Assembly: GCA_019358915.1 (NCBI GenBank)
Contig: JAHHIM010000036.1
Location: forward strand, 288,001 to 352,000
Source of the DNA: Trichormus sp. ATA11-4-KO1
GTDB taxonomy: Bacteria; Cyanobacteriota; Cyanobacteriia; Cyanobacteriales; Nostocaceae
Direction: 5' to 3'
DNA length: 64,000 nt
Part shown: in pieces, positions 60,343-64,000 of the stretch
Layout of the letters: every line of letters starts with the position of its first letter
Numbering within the stretch: position 1 is the first letter of the stretch
Notes under the pieces: generated by a model
Database searches by the model: none
What the model saw: only the letters and a program-made list of their open reading frames with translations
What the model was told of the DNA's origin: nothing
Made by a program: the position numbers and the translations under genes

Positions 60343-62973
60343 TCACATCCCCAATAATTCATCTAGCAAATTCGGCAAGTCTGGAGGAATCACAGTCCGC
60401 ACCACTGTGACTTTGTGACTTTCCTGTTGGGTAACCTGATGAAAAGCGATCGCCTCCAAGCGAATTTCCAAACAGCCAAAGGGAATGTTTAATTGAGTCA
60501 TCACCTCTAAATTGCCCAAGGGGTTAGGTAATAAATCTGTCAGCAAATGAGGGCCATCTAGCAACCAACGAGTATGGCAATCTTCAACCCATAACTTGAC
60601 AACTACTTGTGGGTATCCTGCAGGTAGCTCTGCCCGCACTCTGACAGATGTACCAGCAATTAGTTCACCTTCTGGCACATGCAATTGCGGAATGGGCAAA
60701 GGCTCAACGATTCCCCCATCTATTGGTGGAGAATTTGATGTATCTATGATTGCTTGGTTTTTTTGTTCACACAAGCCGCTTGCTTTCACATCCACTGACA
60801 CGTCAGTATATGTATCATCTACAACAATTTCTTGTGCCAACCAAGTAGATGGAGTTTGGAGATCATCAGTAGGCGGTAGTTGTGATTCTGGAGAAGGTGA
60901 TACAGAACTTTCTTCTAATCGATTTTCTGCCCCTGTGTCTTCCAATGTTTCCATTTCCTTTACCACCGCCATAGCTGCACTCACCGTTCGCGTAATGTCC
61001 CCCAGTCCAGGTATTGCCTCTGCTGCAATCTCCGTTGCAACATCTAGGTTTAATGGTGAGTCAATATCAACAGTTGGCGTTGAAAGGGGAGGCTGTTTAT
61101 CAGGTATATTCTGCTGATCTAGAATATCAATAATAGATTCAGGTAGGGAATAACCTTGACTCTGCATCCATTTTCTAATTAGGGGAGATGAGTAGAGATG
61201 ACTCTCTGTGTTTAATTCTAAACTTGGTGGAACAGATTCTTCTTGTGCTTCCGCAGCATTAATTAATTCTAAATTTGATAAGACAGTTACCTCTGCCTCC
61301 AAGTCATCCTGGGATTGAGAATCACCAGTTAATAATTCAAGTGTATTTTCATCGTCAGCGACAGTTGTATCCATTTGCCGGGAATCCTCAACATCTGGAA
61401 ACTCCGACGCCTGACTTTCTAATGCCATTGTTTCCTCAGGCAAGGCTTTGAGACGTTTTAAGTAGGGAAAAATGCTGCCAAGCATTGGCACTCGATGATG
61501 CCTGATCACAAGCTGCGCTAAGTTAATGGGGGCGATGGCAGCTACAGTTTCATCCTTCTCTACGGGCGGCTCTTGTTCCGGAGTGGACTTTGTCACCACA
61601 TCAGCAGTGGCTATTGCTGGATTTTGGTTTTCAGGTAGCTTCGGCAGTTGTGGCAAACGAGAATCAGCTGATTTATTTAGCTTCGACACTCGTAGTGCGG
61701 TTTCTTCTATATCTCGCGAATTAATTGACAGTGTTAAGGATTTGTTGAGGGAAGTATGGACAAGCTGAGAATGGTCTCTTTGTGCAGTTTTCGCCAGGTT
61801 GAAAAGCCCTAAATCGATACTAATAGTTTTTGCTGGTTCTGGAGAATCATCAGCCGCATTTGGTGGTGAGCTAGGGTGATCTAATAAATTTGGTTGACTA
61901 GATTTGGCTGCGGCTGTAACTGCTAGTAATTCGGTCACATCTGCTGTAATTGTGAAAGACTTGCTAGCTAACAGAATTACTTCACCAAAATGAGTGAATG
62001 CGCCATACAAACTGATATCTGCCAAAATCAGTTTGGATTCCCAGTCAAGAGGAATATTAATTGCTGAACTGATGCTCAAGGGCAACGAGCTATCTGGTAA
62101 AGGCTGTCGAACCTGGGTGAAAATTTTTGACCCTAAGGGCGATCGCAATTCAATTAATAATTCTAGGTCATGGAGGCTTTCTGGGTACGGTGGCTTACCT
62201 GCCAGAATCTTGTTTTGTAGCTCCACATGCCCATTAATAGTGAGTACTTGTCCCCAACGAGCAATGTAGGTTTCCTGATCTAGAGTCAGCAGTAGTAGAG
62301 GTTCTGGTCGTATAGCTGAAAACTCCTCGACTTTGTCATTCTCTAGCAGGGTTTCAGAAGTGGGTAGAGCTACCTCCATTAAATTTTGTAAAATCTGCTC
62401 TGCCGTTTCACCTTTAAGCCAGACTGGGTTAACAGGCTGATCGATAACTGTCTCTTCCACTACTGTTGGCGTTGGTAAATCGGTAGTAGCTGGGTTGCTT
62501 TGTACAGTAGGTGTAGGTTCTATTGCAATTGGGGATATCAAGTTGCCATCAGCAACAGCATTCGGGTGTTCTGGCAAAACAACATTCTCCCCCGACCCCA
62601 ATTGACTCCATGATCCATTGATTTCCTGGGGCAAGACTTGTATGTGGATACTGTATTGCCATGAATTACCAAAAAGATCCGACATCAAATCCCCAGAGCA
62701 TTGCAATTCCCAAATTCCCGGCTTGAGGTGGGTAAAGGGAATTACCGCCATTAAACCTTCCGAGTTAGTGCGCCGCGATCGCTTCTGAATTCGCCGCTTC
62801 GGGGGAATTTCTTGAATTGAGGAGTGAGTTACCCGTATTTCCACATCCGTATTCCGTAGGTGAGAACGAGCCAAAACTCTGTACCGACCTTCCGAAATTT
62901 CTAAATTTGGCGATTCCAGGTTATGCCAAGAGCGATCGCCCTGTTTCTGTATTAGAAATTGCCAGTGTTCCAT
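60343..62973 (-). CDS. Large hypothetical protein (folded termini, acidic low-complexity centre)
   Basis: 876-codon ORF; no family recognised. Confidence 0.85.
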   Translation of the reverse strand: MEHWQFLIQKQGDRSWHNLESPNLEISEGRYRVLARSHLRNTDVEIRVTHSSIQEIPPKRRIQKRSRRTNSEGLMAVIPFTHLKPGIWELQCSGDLMSDLFGNSWQYSIHIQVLPQEINGSWSQLGSGENVVLPEHPNAVADGNLISPIAIEPTPTVQSNPATTDLPTPTVVEETVIDQPVNPVWLKGETAEQILQNLMEVALPTSETLLENDKVEEFSAIRPEPLLLLTLDQETYIARWGQVLTINGHVELQNKILAGKPPYPESLHDLELLIELRSPLGSKIFTQVRQPLPDSSLPLSISSAINIPLDWESKLILADISLYGAFTHFGEVILLASKSFTITADVTELLAVTAAAKSSQPNLLDHPSSPPNAADDSPEPAKTISIDLGLFNLAKTAQRDHSQLVHTSLNKSLTLSINSRDIEETALRVSKLNKSADSRLPQLPKLPENQNPAIATADVVTKSTPEQEPPVEKDETVAAIAPINLAQLVIRHHRVPMLGSIFPYLKRLKALPEETMALESQASEFPDVEDSRQMDTTVADDENTLELLTGDSQSQDDLEAEVTVLSNLELINAAEAQEESVPPSLELNTESHLYSSPLIRKWMQSQGYSLPESIIDILDQQNIPDKQPPLSTPTVDIDSPLNLDVATEIAAEAIPGLGDITRTVSAAMAVVKEMETLEDTGAENRLEESSVSPSPESQLPPTDDLQTPSTWLAQEIVVDDTYTDVSVDVKASGLCEQKNQAIIDTSNSPPIDGGIVEPLPIPQLHVPEGELIAGTSVRVRAELPAGYPQVVVKLWVEDCHTRWLLDGPHLLTDLLPNPLGNLEVMTQLNIPFGCLEIRLEAIAFHQVTQQESHKVTVVRTVIPPDLPNLLDELLGM

Positions 62974-63155
62974 TGTGAGTGATGCCCAGACCGAGGAGCA
63001 GCTGAGTAAGATTGTGCATTACTTTGCTTGCAAGTTTACCTTAGCAACTCGTAATTGCATCAGCCACATTGGCAGGACTTAGATAAATTTACCCAATAAA
63101 CATAATATAGGGACGAGCAAATTAACCTCATCCCCATCAATTGCCAGTATGAAAT

Positions 63156-63401
63156 TCAGACACCGTAGCGGTTTTGATAGTAAGCCAAAATTTGCTGTAC
63201 GCGTTGCTGACTTTCTGAACCAGAGTTCGGTATCCAAGAGATCCATAAGCCACTGATTTGACTTTGATCGTAATTAAATTGTTGTGATGACTGGGGAATT
63301 AAACTAACTTTTACGCCTGCAACTTGACGCAAATGAGCGGCTATCTCTTGATAGACGGCCAAAGGTAAACCAGTAAATTCAATTTTTTTCTTGGTCTCCA
63401 T
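63156..63401 (-). CDS. Small conserved hypothetical protein
   Basis: LPLAVYQEIAAHLRQV..F.Y.QSQI; starts 2 bp after the upstream gene. Confidence 0.75.
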   Translation of the reverse strand: METKKKIEFTGLPLAVYQEIAAHLRQVAGVKVSLIPQSSQQFNYDQSQISGLWISWIPNSGSESQQRVQQILAYYQNRYGV

Positions 63402-63403
63402 CT

Positions 63404-64000
63404 TTATGAAGCTCCAACAGTAAAAGGATTTTGAGGTGGTGTTGTCACCGACACAGGATTGCCAGCATTGGTTGTCGCTGACGAGGCTGAGTTGACAGGC
63501 TCTTCGCCCACCATTCTGGCGACTTCAATACCATATTGTTCCAGAATTACAATGGGATTGGAACCTGCATTCATTTCAATACGTTTAATTAGCACACCAC
63601 CTGCTAATCGCTGTCCCGCCTGTACATAGCGACTTGTCGCCTCATTCGGTACCTTAATAATTGCTTGGGGTTCTTTGCCAATCAGCACTACACCACTGAC
63701 AATTACTCCCTTGGCTAAGTCAGGTTGTGCTGGTGGTGGCAGCACAGATACTAAAGTGGGATTAGGGATAACTTGAGGCATGACCTTGGGCAAAACTGAA
63801 GTTGGGCTAGAATTTGGCTTTGGTGTCTGTGCCACTTGATTTGGCGACGCAGAAGTTTTAGTTCCGGTGGAGAGCGCCGCGCTGCTTGTTGGCAGTCTTC
63901 GGGCTGTAGCAGTAGGCAAAGGAGGCAATATCGGAACTGCTCTGGTGGCTGTATTAGTAGATTTAGGTACTTCCAGCACCGGTTGTCCAATAATTTGGGC
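63404..64000 (-). CDS. Pro/Thr-rich protein, C-terminal part; start is outside the window
   Basis: Frame open to the window edge; small beta-rich domain VSGVVLIG..QAII..SRYV..GQ, weakly PilP/GspC-like. Confidence 0.7.
   Translation of the reverse strand, partial: AQIIGQPVLEVPKSTNTATRAVPILPPLPTATARRLPTSSAALSTGTKTSASPNQVAQTPKPNSSPTSVLPKVMPQVIPNPTLVSVLPPPAQPDLAKGVIVSGVVLIGKEPQAIIKVPNEATSRYVQAGQRLAGGVLIKRIEMNAGSNPIVILEQYGIEVARMVGEEPVNSASSATTNAGNPVSVTTPPQNPFTVGAS

Noticed and set aside
1900..63990. Many short ORFs antisense to or overlapping long genes (e.g. 1900..2232, 31800..32369, 40966..41448, 60596..61117)
   Set aside because: Shadow frames of well-supported genes with no recognisable motifs
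1..64000. CRISPR array or cas genes
   Set aside because: No regularly spaced 25-45-nt repeats with unique spacers; the repeats seen are 7-10-mers, dispersed elements or MITEs
1..64000. Very frequent GCGATCGC octamer
   Set aside because: This is HIP1, a well-known cyanobacterial genome signature

Overview
Chromosomal window from a filamentous Nostocales-type cyanobacterium, judged from abundant HIP1 GCGATCGC octamers, STRR heptamer arrays and an Anabaena-like gene order. The core is the beta-carboxysome/CO2-uptake locus (cmpR-ccmO-N-M-L-K1-K2, divergent from ndhF4-ndhD4-cupB). Around it are housekeeping genes (phosphoketolase, P450, crtO, cbiB, pyrR, moaE, hemW, tRNA-Arg(UCU), ndhV-like, acsF, ilvA) and a four-gene two-component cluster that is partly decaying. 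No CRISPR array, rRNA, prophage or intact transposase was seen. The strongest leads are: (1) a ~330-nt ORF-free, heavily self-complementary candidate ncRNA at ~9640-9975; (2) a HEPN-like (RxxxxH) domain fused to a TM2/NINE membrane protein; (3) a GxxExxY nuclease-fold gene enclosed by inverted 10-mer arrays that also encode its start codon; (4) a family of ~47-nt elements with compensatory stem changes, nested in MITEs and other repeats. All family assignments are from motif recognition and recall, not database searches.
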